From assembly GCF_902713615.1 (NCBI RefSeq), contig NC_052156.1:125465120-125529119 (forward strand): a stretch of 64,000 nucleotides of DNA. Reading direction: 5' to 3'. Source of the DNA: Scyliorhinus canicula. Lineage: Eukaryota. Both the position numbers and the translations under genes were made by a program. Shown piece by piece: positions 12,520 to 25,339 of this stretch (positions are counted from its first letter, which is position 1; every line of letters begins with the position of its first letter). The notes beneath the pieces are model-generated. The model was not told where the DNA came from and did not search any database. It saw only the letters and a program-made list of their open reading frames with translations.

Positions 12520-13306
12520 ATCTCCTCCACCGGGCTTCCTGTTGTCCAGTTTCATGGACTGCTCGGATATATGTGAGAATGAAACTATCTGACCAAAGCT
12601 GCCGGGGCCGATCATATGGCCTTGTCGCGCCCAACTCGGTAAAATGACGAGGCCATTAAAACTCACAAGAGGTCTCTCGCAAAATTTACGAAGTTTGGGA
12701 CGCCTCACAAGATCTGACAAGATCTCGTGAGACGTCGCAATCTGGGTCTCACACTCATTGGGTGGGATCCAGGTTTGTACAGTAAGTGAGCAGTTAGCTT
12801 CAAATAAATATGTCTGCGCCGGCATATCCCAAGGCCTGGGATCAAATGTCTGCACTTGGGCACCTCACCATGGCGCCGTTTAGCACAGATGTGGACCAGG
12901 CCTACGGCACCTGAGCAGAGTTACCCGGTTGATCAGAGACCCCCGGGTGGTAGGGCTCTGGGCAGGGTGGTACTCTTGCACCCCCAATGCCACCTTCGCA
13001 CTACCATCCAGGCACCCTGTCACAGTGTCAAGGTGCATGGGTGCCAGATTGCCTGTGCCGGGGATCGGGCCCCAGCGGTGACCTGCCCTTGGTGGTGGGG
13101 TGATCTCAAGGATCCCCTAATCGGGAAGTGTCAGGGGGGGGTCTGGAGGCCGTGGTGGGGCTGAGAGATCAGGGCAGTTTTTGAAAATGGTCTCAGTGGG
13201 GCATTCCCTGCAGAGGACCCCCTCCCAAAAAAATCCAAAGTCCCGTTTGATAGCGGGGTCGTTCTCAGTGCTGCAGGCTCGGAGAAACAGCCTGCAATTC
13301 GCGCCC
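12520..13306. mobile_element. Degenerate Harbinger-like MITE
   Basis: GC-rich, internal GAGATCT/CTCGTGAG palindromes, right terminus AATTCGCGCCC resembling the TIR of the intact copies; left TIR not found. Confidence 0.55.
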
Positions 13307-13329
13307 AAAATGGAACTTTCATTAAATCA

Positions 13330-13900
13330 CACCTACAGCGTATCCGGGAATAGTTTCTCTTCCTATTCCAAAGACATCGCCTTCAGAGCATCTCCACTTC
13401 CTCATTTATTTTCTGTCCCTTAGTGACATGACCAGTTTCCATAATTACAAGGATAGCTATTTCTCCGCCTTTCTTCATCCCTTGGATGCTTATTCGATCT
13501 TCCTCTAGCACAACAATGGTAGGCTGACACCACTGTATTCAGTCTCAAACTCTGTTTTCAAACTACTGACTTCATCACTCTCCCCAATACTACCCAAGGC
13601 AAATGTAAACTGTACTCAACAGTGATGGCCTGTTTGCCCCAACACTGAGTTTCAGACCTCTTATCTTCCCAATGCTCCAGTTTCTCACCTCCTATTCAGC
13701 AATATTGCCCACCTCTGCCTCACGTCAGTCACCCGCCACCTAAACGCACCACCTCCAGCCTCAACTACACCAAAGTTCTACTTGCTCGGCATCCAACCTG
13801 CAAGTTTGTGCATGTTCCATTCGTTCATCGGCACTCCCATCAACAAACTGCCAAGTGTCGGGATTTTTTTAGTTGAAGGTGCTATACAAATGCAACTTGC
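13330..13900 (+). mobile_element. Ancient L2-like LINE remnants
   Basis: C/T-rich, highly decayed sequence with traces of RT-region motifs; similar material at ~9720-10030 and ~12330-12520 suggests one old element split by later insertions. Confidence 0.45.
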
Positions 13901-15199
13901 TCTTGTTGCTGTTGCACAGGCATCAACAAGCTTTGGAGTTCTCGCTGGAAAAAACTTTAGCTGATTTGCCCAATGTTCACATGGGACTCCATAAGGTTAA
14001 AGAAACAATTCTTAAAAGAGATATTAAATATTCAGTACTCAAAAAAAATACACTAGATACCAAGTGATCTTATCTTCAGTTACAGATTTATATCTAACTC
14101 CACCTTTAAGTGCTGCCAAAAAATAAACACAATACTGCTCTTCTACAAATACATTGTCCAAGTACATTGTACGGTCTTGATTTTTGCCGGACTTCTGTAT
14201 TTGACAGAATTCACAACACACACTTAAAGGCCCAAGTTTTTATTTTTTAAATGCAACGAACACCCCAAAAATTTTCAATCATTTTCTTCTCGAAATCCTT
14301 TTACTCTCCTGCATCCGTAGTAACCCAAAAACCTAATTTCGCTTGCGAATGCTGGTAACAGCATTTTTTTTAAATAACGGATTTATTTAATGAAAAAATT
14401 GAAGCAATTCAAATATCAATTATTTGCACACTTATTATCTGAAGGCCACCCAACCATGCCAGATTGTCTTTTTTTTAAACTGGAGGGGCAATGCTGAATT
14501 CATTCCTTCTTTTCACTGGACCTTTTAGGTTTGACTACTCGTGAAAATGTTTTCTTAAAAACAAGAGGTGGATAGCAGCAGTGCGCAGTGTGTTTTGCAG
14601 TGCCTTTACTGTCACCATTCATGTCCTGTAGCCTGTCTGTTCAGCATCAGCTGGAATAAATGGGAGATGAGGTCTGATGTTACAGATGCTGACATGTTGA
14701 AATCAAATTTGTTTTAATTCCACTGACTAAGTAATTAGATTAACCTCAAATTGCCCTGCTGTAACACAAAGCATTTTCAGGAAACAGTACGATACGCATG
14801 AAATTGCAATCATTTAGCAATCTCCAAGAAAATGAACCTACTGTTTACCTGAACTACTTCATGCTTTATGTTATCGTTCCATTGTATTTTGCTTTGTTAT
14901 TTGTAATGGAAAAGACAAAGAAACATTTCCAAAGTGAAAATAATACAAACCAATGCAAACTAAAAATTTACAATCCACTTTGCGATGAAATCTAATACCC
15001 ATTTACATTAAAAACTGCCAAAGGTACATGACATGTCTGGTACTTTCCCACAAGGTCTATGGAAGGGAATGCTGCTGAATTTCAGCCAATCCCATTCTTC
15101 TTCATCAGTTTCTATGAACTTAGTTTAGAGTAGAAACTCCACTTACCACAAACAAGACATTAGAGGAATAGAGAGCTCCCAAGTGAAGTGTTTTGTCTG

Positions 15200-15495
15200 C
15201 CCTGATCTGGGTACCTACTGGATGATTGATGCAAGGTAAAATGTCATTGGCAGATGGATGCAGAATTGGCACTTTGGACCAAAACTCCACTTCATCCAAC
15301 TCTACTGGAACTACTAGAGCCAAACCTCAGTTTCAGCCAACACTATTGGAATTATCAGCCAATGAACAACAACCAACTATTTGGTTATCACCAAAATCAA
15401 TAACAATGCAGTTTGGATAGAAAGCGAGATTCCAGTAGACGTGTGGATTTTCAAAAGTGACTGATAAGAGGTCTTTGAGACATGTTGGAAAATTT
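15200..15495 (+). mobile_element. Degenerate CR1 RT fragment
   Basis: Traces of the DW..ANV, NY..VSL and D(V)..DF.K.FD.V motifs. Confidence 0.5.
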
Positions 15496-16116
15496 CAGAT
15501 ATCTGGGTCGAATTTTCTCATGGGCTTTGGGACTCTGGAAACGGGATCAAGTTGGGATCCTGAGCCTGCACTTGCCGAAGCCATATCAACTTTGCTATTT
15601 TCCCCAGAGGCAGCTTCCTAATTAGCCAACCCTGTGCTTACCGCCCAATTAAGAATGATGGGTGGGCTCTCAAGTCTGGGAATTCAATAGGAGGTTATTC
15701 AGCATTGAAAGATGGGCAGCCCCACCATCAGAAGTGGAGGTATGTAGGGAAGCGTTTGGATTTTTCCATTCCCTGTCATCATCCACAAAGGAAAAATAAA
15801 AGGTGGCCAAAAGGGTTACTGGTATTGGATGGAGTCAGGGAAGCCCCGCAGTATTGGACACCACCATGGTTCTGGTCCTTACTCAGCATGGCACCTTCCC
15901 CATTAAATTGAGAGCCTGGCTCCAATGGCCACAACGGAGACCACTTCCATTGAGTTGGTGGCCTTCACACACTCTGTCACTGACAAAATGTTAAGTGACC
16001 TCACAAAATCACCCCTTGCATTGGGGGTGCAAGGATCTGTGGTGACTGGTGTAAGAGTCCTTCCTGTTTATTTCCTTTGTTCCCATTTCTTTTCTTTCAT
16101 TTATTTATTTTTGATC

Positions 16117-17657
16117 TGTGGACCCATAATTAGAATGTACCTTGAAGCAGATGAATTCCAGCCAGGACAGTGTGTTACTATGTTTTGTATTTTGGAGAGG
16201 AGAAGTCAGGCTCGCCAGTGTTGGGTGAATCATAGGAACCAACTTTAGAGGAAGTTGGTTTGACTGGCTGGCTGGCAACCCGTGGGATGGCCAGGGACAG
16301 TGTTCTGCCTGACAACAGTCAATGATTGTTTCCTGTGTGATGCTTTCTGAGAGAGTTGGGCAAAAGTGGTGAGACCTTGGAAAGAGAAGGAACAGTCTCT
16401 CTCGTTGCTGAAAGGTTTTCTTTATTGCACTAAAACCAGTCAGTGCTGGTGCATCTATGCCAAAAGAAACCATCTGAAGCCATTATACTGTCAAAGGAAG
16501 AAGAGCTGTGTTTCTCCCTCTCTCTGCTACTGGTTGCCTGCTGTCTCCATGGGCGCGATTCTCCGCTCCCGCGTGGCATCGGGAAGGCTGTCGTGAACTC
16601 GGCCGAGTTTCACGAAGGCGTCGGAGGCCGCCCCTCGCATACTATTCACCCCCCCCAGGGGGTAGGAGCGGCGTTGTGAGAAACTCAGCCGCCGGGCCTT
16701 GACGATTGCGTCAAAGCGGCGCGCCGAGAATGACGCGACGGCGGCGCCCAAGTGACGTCAGCCGCCCATGCGCAGGTTGGCCGGCTCCAACCCGCGCATG
16801 CGCGGTTGCCGTCTTCCCCTCCGCTGCCCCGCAAGACGTGGTGGCTTGATCTTGCGGGGTGGCGGAGGGGAAAGAGTGCGTCTCTTGGAGACGCCGGCCC
16901 GACGATCAGAGGGCAACGATCGCGGGCCAGTCCCCTCTCAAGCACGGCCGGGGTGCTCGATCCCCTCTCCGCCCCCCACAGGCCCCAATCTTACGTTTCG
17001 CACTATGTTCACGCCAGCATCGACCAGGTGTAGTTGCCGCCTGCGTGAACAGGTCGGGAACGTCAGACCGCTCGGCCCATCCGGGCCGGAGAATCGCCAG
17101 TCCCCATGAAAAACAGCGAGCGGCGATTCCGCGACACGCCACTTGGGGGGGGGTGGGGGGGAGAATCGCAGGGGGTGCCAGCGCGCGTGTCGTGATTCCC
17201 CCGGCCCTCCCGCGATTCTCCCACCCGGCGTGGGGAGCGGAGAATCGCGCCCCATGAGTCTGCAGCGGAGATCGTTACAAGCTGAAGGAAAATAAAGTAC
17301 CTAACCTAAAAGCCTAACCTTGAGAAAGAAACTAACTGGAAGACATCCATCTGAAGCCAAGATCCTTTAATTTTATTGATATATTCTTCACCTCTCAACC
17401 ACCCTTTTCCCTCTGTGTTGTTTGTCTGTGCGTATGTATAGAAAGTGGGGGCGAGTTAGAAGGGGAGAATTGGGAATCAGATACTGGATAGCCAGTTAAT
17501 AAATACTGTTAATAATAAAAGGTTACTCGTGTTTAAATATTACAAACCTGGTCACTGTCATCAATTTAACTCAACCCAAGCCACAGGCATTAATATAAAA
17601 TCTAATTCCACCTATGTTGCGACTCGGGGTGAAGTGGAGCTGGAATTGACAGCGCAC
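16117..17657 (+). mobile_element. Probable old LTR interrupted by a MITE
   Basis: LTR-like composition with AATAAA at ~17514, split by the MITE at 16551-17252; termini not resolved. Confidence 0.35.
16551..17252. mobile_element. PIF/Harbinger-like MITE, intact
   Basis: Perfect 20-bp TIR GGGCGCGATTCTCCGCTCCC; 3-bp TSD CAT (16548-16550 / 17253-17255); subterminal GGAGAATCGC palindromes. Confidence 0.9.
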
Positions 17658-17658
17658 T

Positions 17659-17820
17659 ATAATAATAATCTTTATTAGTGTCACAAGCAGACTTATATTA
17701 ACAGTGAATGAAGTTACTGTGAAAATCTCCGAGTTGCCACACTCCACCGCCTATTCGGCTACACTGAGGGACAATTCAGAATGTCCAATTCACCGAACAA
17801 GCACATATTTCGGGACTAGT
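17659..17820 (-). mobile_element. SINE 3' fragment (tail type X)
   Basis: Minus-strand TTCACAGTAACTTCATT...CTTGTGACACTAATAAAG(ATT)n, as in the copies at 21900 and 35505. Confidence 0.75.
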
Positions 17821-17989
17821 CCAGGGTTGTGTAACACTGCAAAAGTTCCCTGGTGGAGAGAATGCATATGGGGGCCGCTGATTTCCTCACCTCCAAGCTC
17901 AACACCACAAAAGAAGAATTCTGCCCATAGTTTCAAACAGCAACGGATTTAAAGTTGATTCATGGATAAAAAGAAAAGAATGAGGGTGA

Positions 17990-18277
17990 ACCACTCTTCT
18001 CTTGCTCAATCTGGAAGAGGATGAAAAGAGCCTTCCCAAAGGACATTCATTCATTCATGTGTGCCCTGCCCAACGGCAGGTTCTTGGCCAATTGTTTGTT
18101 GATGTTTCATTCTGAGTCATATTCCTTGGTAGTGTTTGTCAGCGGTGGTCTGCCAGAATCTTCTCAGGGGCAGGTTGAGGAGTCAGATCCCAGAGTCCAC
18201 CTCAGCCGGGACAGGAATTGAGTCCACACTGCTGGCATCATTCTGAACCACATGCTAGCCATCCAGCCAACTGAGCC
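17990..18277 (-). mobile_element. tRNA-derived SINE (head type A, older)
   Basis: Minus strand GGCTCAGTTGGCTGGATGGCT...CAATTCCTGTCCCGGCTGAGG resembles the head at 782. Confidence 0.55.
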
Positions 18278-18329
18278 ATTTGTTCAGCGTATAAATAGAT
18301 GAGTTGCAATTCAGTACGGGGAATTGAGG

Positions 18330-18660
18330 ATTTCAAAATTAACTGACCGCACAAAAATAGGGAGTTTGGCAATGAGGACTGGGTTAGTTAGAAACATTTT
18401 GTCAGAATGGGCAGACAAGTGGAAGATGCAACTTAATATGTGGTAAATGGGTGAGCCAATATATTTTTGGAGCAAAAATGGAACGGAAAGGCACTGAAGG
18501 ATATTGTGGTTAGTGTGATTTGTGGGCTCAATACATAATTCTTTGAAATTAAAGTATGAGGAGAGAAAGCCACAAAAGGCCAGAAAGCTGAGTTTTATGT
18601 AAACAAGGACACGAATTAGGTCGCAGTTAAGAATCAGCAGATTGGGCCACACCAAAAAAT
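18330..18660 (+). mobile_element. Degenerate CR1 RT C-terminal fragment
   Basis: Remnants of ISK..D.TKIG and EWADKWKMQLN. Confidence 0.55.
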
Positions 18661-19269
18661 ATTCCAGCCATAGACAGCATACATTATGGATTCACTTAGA
18701 TGCCATTGTTTAAACATACATGCTTCTTTTCAGTACTTGTGAATTTAGTTACATTTTTTAAAATTGCTGTTTGAGATGGTTTTGGCTGGCTGCCATAGCC
18801 GAGCACACCAGGACACAACCTGGAAATTGCTGAGCATGTAAATCACTGGGGTACTGATTGCTCGTCCCCATCAGTCCTCTTGAGCAATGTTCACTGCACA
18901 GTACCCACCCCTCCCAACTCTCCACCATTGCTCCACCAGCAAAGCGAGCTGGTGTTGCAACTCGTGATCAATCAGACCTTCTGCAACTCCTGCCCAACCA
19001 CAAATCTCCAGAATTACCACTAACCCAAGATAGCCAGGCAGACGTTTTGCTCCAACACAATTTTCACAGTAATTCATTGCAGTGTTAATGTAATCCTACT
19101 TGTGACACCAGTAAAGATTATTATTGTTAAAAACTACGGCCATATGCTACAGTGAGGGATGCCAGAGAAAGCATTCACTTCCAGAAATCCTGTCAATTTT
19201 CATGCACTGATGTCTCTGCTCATGTCGTGTTTAAGCAGCACAGTGGCCAGTGGCTAATACTGCTACCTC

Positions 19270-20342
19270 ACCACTTTAAGCTGACGGCCGGGTCTGGGAG
19301 GATGCTGATTAGGGAAAATCATGGGTTCGAGCCAGGGAGAATGGATGCGAGGTTTCAGGGATGGGACTAAAGGAGGAAATGAAGCATTTGTTCCTGGGGG
19401 GGGGGGGTAATTCGCAAGAATAGACGAGCTGAGAGTGAAGTATGGGATGATGCAAGGGGAAGGGTTTAGGTACATGCAGATACAGGATTTTGCGAGGAAG
19501 GCTTTCCCAACCTTCCTGATAGCGCCAGTTTCTCTTTGCTGGAAGCGGTGTTGACAGCGGGGGAGGTGGAGAGGGGGGTCATCTCGACGATCTACTGGAG
19601 GATTCTGGAGGAGGATAGGGTGTCCATGGAGGGGATTAAGGTGAAGTGGGAGGAAAAGCTGAGGGAGGCGCTGGAAAAGGGACTGTGGGTGTGAGGTGTT
19701 GTGGAGGATGAAAGCCTCGAATTTGTTTGCGAGGTTGGGGCTGATATTGCTGAAGGTAGTGTACAGGATGCACCTCACAAAATCAAGGGTGAGCCAGCTG
19801 TGAGAGGGGCTGGAGGATGTCTGTGAGCGATGTGGTAGTAGCCCTGCGAACCATGATCATGTGTTTTGTTCCCGTCCGAAGTTGGAAAGGGTTTTGGAGA
19901 GTGGTGTTCAGTACAATCTTGACGGGCTTTCATTTGGATATGAAGCCCGGTCCCCTGGAAGCCATATTCAGGGTATCAGACCTACCCAAGCTGCAGGCAG
20001 GTGCGGGGGCAGGTGTCTTAGCCTTTGCCTTGCTGATCACGAGTAGGCGGTTCTTGTTGGCGTGGAGGTCAACTTCTCCACCCTGTGCCTCGGTGTGCCA
20101 TGGAGAACTACTGGAGATTTCGACCCTGGAGAACCGTTTGTATTTCTGGATAAGAACCCCCTCAAGCGGAGGGGGATGAAGGAGGGGTTCTACAATTGTT
20201 GGGGCTTGTTTATTATGCACTTTTGAGAGTTGGTTACCATTGATTGTTGCGGGGATGCGATTGGGGGGCAGGGTTTGTTTGTTTGAGGTTGTTTTTGTAT
20301 TACGAAAATGCTGAAAATCTGTCGAATAAAAATGCTTTTAAA
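19270..20342 (+). mobile_element. Degenerate L1-clade LINE 3' fragment
   Basis: Homologous by eye to the L1 C-terminal ORFs at 48048 and 50807 (ENHGFEPG, KWEE.L, CCHC remnant); GT-rich 3' UTR with AATAAAA at ~20325. Confidence 0.75.
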
Positions 20343-20347
20343 GAAAA

Positions 20348-20627
20348 CACTGCTGCCTCACAGAACTTGGGACTCGGGTTCGATTCCAACCTTGGGTGCT
20401 TTTCTGTGTGGAGATTGCACGTTCCCCCCGTGTCTGCATGTGTTTCCTCCGGGTGCTCCGGTTTCCTCCACAATCCAAAGATGTGCAGGTTAGGTGGATT
20501 GGCCATGCCAAAGGTTCGGTGGGGTTGTGAGGGAGTGGGCCTAGGTAGGGTGCTCTTTCAAAGGTCCAGTGAAGACTTTATGGGCCAAATGGCCTCCTTC
20601 TACACTGTGGGGATTCTATAATTCTAT
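20348..20627 (+). mobile_element. HE1-type V-SINE
   Basis: GGTTCGATTCC B-box, V-domain, GGGCCAAATGGCCTCCTTCT and ATTCTAT tail. Confidence 0.85.
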
Positions 20628-20894
20628 ATTAAGTCAAGGCAGATCATACATACTTAATTGCGATTGTTAGTAATTCGTGAAGATGAGATAACAAGAAAAC
20701 AAGAAGTCAAATGTTGTGAAATAACAAATTCCAACAGCAACTTTGAAATTTGAATCCTATAGCTTATTTATATCTTATCCAGAAATATAAATGGTTCTTG
20801 ACAGGGAGAAACATACTTAAATGGTACGAGCCAACAAAAAGCTATGGGTGAATACATAAAATATGAGATAGTCGACAAAATAAAAAAGTAATTG

Positions 20895-21480
20895 AACAGC
20901 AGAATACTGCGGATGCTGGAAATCTAAAATAAAAACAGTAAAAGGCTCGAAATACTCAGCAGGTTATGGCAATACCTGTGGAAAGAGAAACAGAATTAAT
21001 GTTTCAGGCCTCTGACCTGTCATCAAAACTAGGGAAAGTTAGAGATGCCACAGGCTTTGAACAAGGGGCGAATGGGACAAGGACAAAGGGAAGGTTTCTG
21101 AGAGAGTGAAATTCAGCAGATTGAATGCCACAACAGATAGACTTACAGCACCAAAGTAAATGGCAATGGGGCAAGCAAAGGAACAATAGATGTGCCGAGG
21201 GCGGGTCTGCTGCTGACTAAAAAATCCCAAAACAAGTAAAGAAAAGGAAACAAAAGGCAGCACCAATTATGGTCTGAAATTGTCTAACTCAATGTCGGTT
21301 CCAGAAGGCTGCAAAACACCTCATCAAAAGATGAGGTGCTCCTCAAATTTATGTTGGGCTACACCAGAGCAGTGCAGCAGGCCAAGGTCAGAGATGTCAG
21401 CATCAAAACCAGGTGGAGAATTTAACTGACAGGCCAGAGGACATTGGGGTCATGTTTGCAGACTGAATGGAAGTATTCTG
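20895..21480 (-). mobile_element. Penelope-like element 3' fragment (GIY-YIG C-terminus plus terminal repeat with a degenerate hammerhead)
   Basis: The minus strand encodes decayed E.FHSVCKHDP...LGLLHC...EEHLIF..GVLQPSG..IE.DNFR. Hammerhead-like AGTT-TTGATGA-CAGGTC..GGCCT-GAAACATT-AATT at 20994-21030. Confidence 0.8.
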
Positions 21481-21899
21481 CAGGAAAGTGTAAGAAAGCT
21501 GAAAAAGTGAACATTGGGTACAATGTACAAATTTACACACTTATAATGCCAGATTGTCAAAACTGTGAGGGATTGATGAGTACAGAACATATGCATACAG
21601 ATACACAGGATCTCCTGCGATCTCCATGTGCCACATGGTGAGTAGGAGGTTATGCTGACACAGTGGCATACAATGGGTAGGATCAGATGGCCTGAGGGAC
21701 ACTAGATGACAGAAAGGCTGATGAAGCGAAGGGGTGAATTATAAGGTGAGATGGAGAAGTGAGGTGGCACCAAAATGAAGGGGTGTAGGTTGCATGGAGA
21801 TCATGAGAATGGGTCAGAAAGATGTTGGGGGAAGCCTTTTTAAAGGGTGTCCCGATCTCAAAGTTAAGTAGTTGAAGGTCCCCCAGACCCCACCCATGG

Positions 21900-22213
21900 A
21901 TAATAATAATAATAATAATAATCTTTATTAGTATCACAAGTCGGCTTACATTAGCCATGAAGTTACTGTGAAAATGCCCTAGTTGACATATTCCGGCACC
22001 TGTTCAGGTACACTGATGGAGAATTCAGAATGTCCAATTCAGCTGTCAAGCACGTCTTTCGGGACTTGTGGGAGGAAACAGGAGCACCCGGAGGAAACCC
22101 TCGGAAACACGGGGAAACTGTGCAGACTTCACACAGACAGTGACCAAAGCGGGAATTGAACCCAGGACCCTGGCGCTGTGAAGCTACAATGCTAACCACT
22201 GTGCTGCCGTGCC
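21900..22213 (-). mobile_element. tRNA-head V-domain SINE with tail type X
   Basis: HE1-like head and V-domain followed by GGAATATGTCAACTAGGGCATTTTCACAGTAACTTCAT...(ATT)n instead of the CR1 tail. Confidence 0.85.
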
Positions 22214-22995
22214 ATCACAGCTATCGGGACCTCCGCAGACATGGGCAACACCCCAATGCTTGACCACAGTAGAGCAACCTACCCCACCCCCCCAATCACT
22301 AAATATCCACATCAGCCTCTTCCCCCCCCCCTCCCCAACACCACACAGGCATGAGGGTAACTCGCACGCCTCCATCCATTCTCACTAGCATCGCGCATCG
22401 CACTGCCCTCCCCAGAGAGCAACAGCCTGCCATGGGGTCACCGAGAGACCCCGTCTAAGGGCCCCCCTCCATTCAGGACCCCCCTTCAGCCCCTCCTTTC
22501 AGGCTGCCCCCCCCCCCCATGTGACCCTTCAAGTCTCCCCTTTCATCGCAATGACCCCGCTCAGGCCTCCCCCCCACCCCTCCAAGGCCCTGACACCTTG
22601 GCAGTGCCAACCTAGCACCCTGGCTGCCCTGCGATCGGGGACAGTGCCATGGCACCCAGGGCTCCAATGGCCTCCAGGCTCCTCAGCATGGCCATCACAT
22701 CTGGTTTCCGTTTTTCAAAATCAGCAGTGAATCACGCCGGTCTCACGCTGCGCCTGTGAGACAGTGAATCCCGGAATCCGGCAGACTCTGGCCTCGAATG
22801 GGCTGCACAGATTTACATGAGTTTAAAGCCTCATTTAACTATGCTGATCTGGTTCACGCCCTCCAGATCGTGCCGGGTGCCACGGGCTGGGAGCATCGTG
22901 CTCCACTCTATGCTTGCCGCCAACCTTGTTTAGGGGCCCTCCCATCTATTCTCTGGGAATAGCGGAAGGTACAATGGGTGCAACAGGGCATTAGA
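22214..22995. mobile_element. Degenerate Harbinger-like GC-rich element
   Basis: Shares TGGCAGTGCCA/GTGCCA motifs and composition with the 12520-13306 element; TIRs eroded. Confidence 0.45.
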
Positions 22996-23309
22996 ATATG
23001 TTCCTCATATGTTCTCAGCTACTAAGAATAAAGCCACTGGAGAACAATTGATATTTCACTCTGAAAGGTGTATCAAATGAAGTGTCAGAAATGTTCTTTA
23101 CATGCGGGGAAATCCTAGAATCCCCAAGAGGAGACATATTGTTCAAGATGTAGAATATAACCATTTGACAATTTTTAGTGCAGCACTGACCTCAATATAT
23201 ATTCACAGGCCCCAGGTACCCAGTCCAAACAGGCAAAGTGACATCTCATTCAATTCACATGAGGTTTTATTTCAAAAGCCTGTATGCCTGATCTAATAAG
23301 GTAAAATAT

Positions 23310-23545
23310 TTAGTTTCCCTGTTCAAAGAAGAGCAAGCAGTTCACCCAGCCTCCTGGCCGATATTTATCCTTCAACCAAGAATATTAAAATTGATTAGCC
23401 TGTCATTCAGCTCTAAGCCACACACATAGCGGCGGCCACATTTACCTACAAACAATGCGACTGAACTTCCAAAGTACTCCATTGACTGGAAAGCACTTTG
23501 GGGATTCCTGAAGGCATGAAAAGTACCATGCGTTTCTTCCTTTAT
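23310..23545 (+). mobile_element. Ancient DeuSINE-like (SacSINE1/AmnSINE1-type) 3' portion
   Basis: GAAGAGCA..TCCTGGCC.ATATTTATCC.TCAACC...CTTCCAAAGTACT.CATTG.CTG.AAAGC.CTTTGGG; homologous to 36672-36892. Confidence 0.65.
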
Positions 23546-24343
23546 AACACAGAAGTGACAATGAATGAAAACTTTTGTCACTGAGGTAATTTAATATCTT
23601 GTGTCGAAAGATCTCAACCCATGGGCACAGTACCATCCTGAGAAATCTACCTGGTTACGGTTAAAGGCCCTGGGTTGCAGGGCTCCCTAATGCTTTCAAC
23701 TTTAGAAAAATGGATAAATTAAAAACCTTGAACAAGCAGGCCACCTGATACTATGCGGATACTGTTGAATAGAATGGCCTGCCCAACACCCTGTTCAATC
23801 ACCCTCTTTAATGTGGAAGCAGCCTTGAGTTTATACATGGCCTTCATACCTACAGATCGTCAAACTAAAAGGAGTTTTCAGATCTGTTTGTTACCGATAG
23901 TATAAATCGGGAAAGGCATTTCTATGGAGGTGAAAATGACAGAAAAGGCTGTTTTGTCAATGCCTCATTGTAGGTTCTAGGCCTCTGACTATTCTGAAAA
24001 GAGCCAGTTGCATCATGCAGTGCTCTTCCTTTCTGTTCTCTCATTGCGACATTAGGTCTGCTGTCATCAATCACTTCCTCACGAGAGATAACGGCTATTC
24101 AGCTCCTTGGCTAAAGGTGCTGTGTAGTTTTCACCTACTTGGCCGTAATACACTTCATTACAAAGGGGGATTTTTTTGTAATGCCTAATTCGGTTTCTTC
24201 AAGCAAACATAAATAGGAATAATGTGTTGTTTGCATGATAACTTTAAATACTCAAGACATTTTTGACTCTTCTGCTTGCATTCCTGCTGAACAACAATTC
24301 CCCAATAACTGTTTTTGTAAACCACACATGCTTCAATATGTCA

Positions 24344-24474
24344 AAGTATAAACCTGATCCAATTTCCCTTCTCTCCAGCTTTGGCAAAGAGTCATCCAGA
24401 CTTGAAACGTTAGCTCCCTTCTCTCTCCACAAATGCTGTCAGACCGTCTGTGATTGTCCAGTATTTTCTGTTTT
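24344..24474 (+). mobile_element. 131-bp Penelope-derived insertion containing a minimal hammerhead motif
   Basis: 15-bp TSD TGCTTCAATA(T/A)GTCA (24329-24343 / 24475-24489). AGCT-TTGGCAA-AGAGTC-ATCCA-GACTT-GAAACGTT-AGCT at 24377-24415. Confidence 0.8.
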
Positions 24475-25339
24475 TGCTTCAATAAGTCATCTTCATTTCA
24501 TGATCACGGTATGGCGTTAGTCACGTGCACATTGCATACAGAACAGTTTACTGTGTAACATACACTGATCTATCTGTGTTGAGGAAATGGTTGGAGCAAC
24601 ATTTATTAGTGATAAGAACTACAAACCTATTTCACTATTTCATACACGGCTGTAAAAGATTACTGCTCAAACAGCCCTTGTTTCAATAAGTCTTATGAGA
24701 GGTGAAGGCAGTAGGTTAGACCAAACGTGCACAGATTTGTAATTGAAACTTCAAGAATACCCATGTCAGAAATTGGAAATGTGTTTAGAATGAACGTATA
24801 TTTAGCAAGTCAGCTTGAAATAGGTAAAGGAATAGGTTAGCGCTGCAAGTTCCATTTTACTGGTGAATGCTTAAGTTTTGCTAGTGGAGTGATTATTCTT
24901 CAGTGTTGACAGCTATAGTTTGCCCCAAAAGGGGTCGTGCTCAGATGAGGCCTCCACGAATGGGAGAGCAAATGGACAGATACTTAAAACAAATAACTAT
25001 ACAACAAAACAGTGTTGGTCTTTTCAATTAATCTTGCTTAATCAAGATGATTTTTGAAATGTGACAGTTAATTAGTGGGAAGGTACTTCAGTGAACAATC
25101 CTACGTGGTTCAAAAATCTGATCAGGAGTTAGACCGCGGAATAGCCATTTTGAACAACTCGCTAAGAGCCTTTACAAAAAGCATAACTAAATCATAAAGG
25201 ACTAATACAGAATATGAAACTTCTGAAAGTTAGCTTTCAAAGCTGCAAATAGAACTTGCTTGGAAACATCAAACTGGAAAAGGAGAACAGAATAAGACAT
25301 GAATATTGAGTTGATCAAGGACGGAAGGCAAAACCCAAG

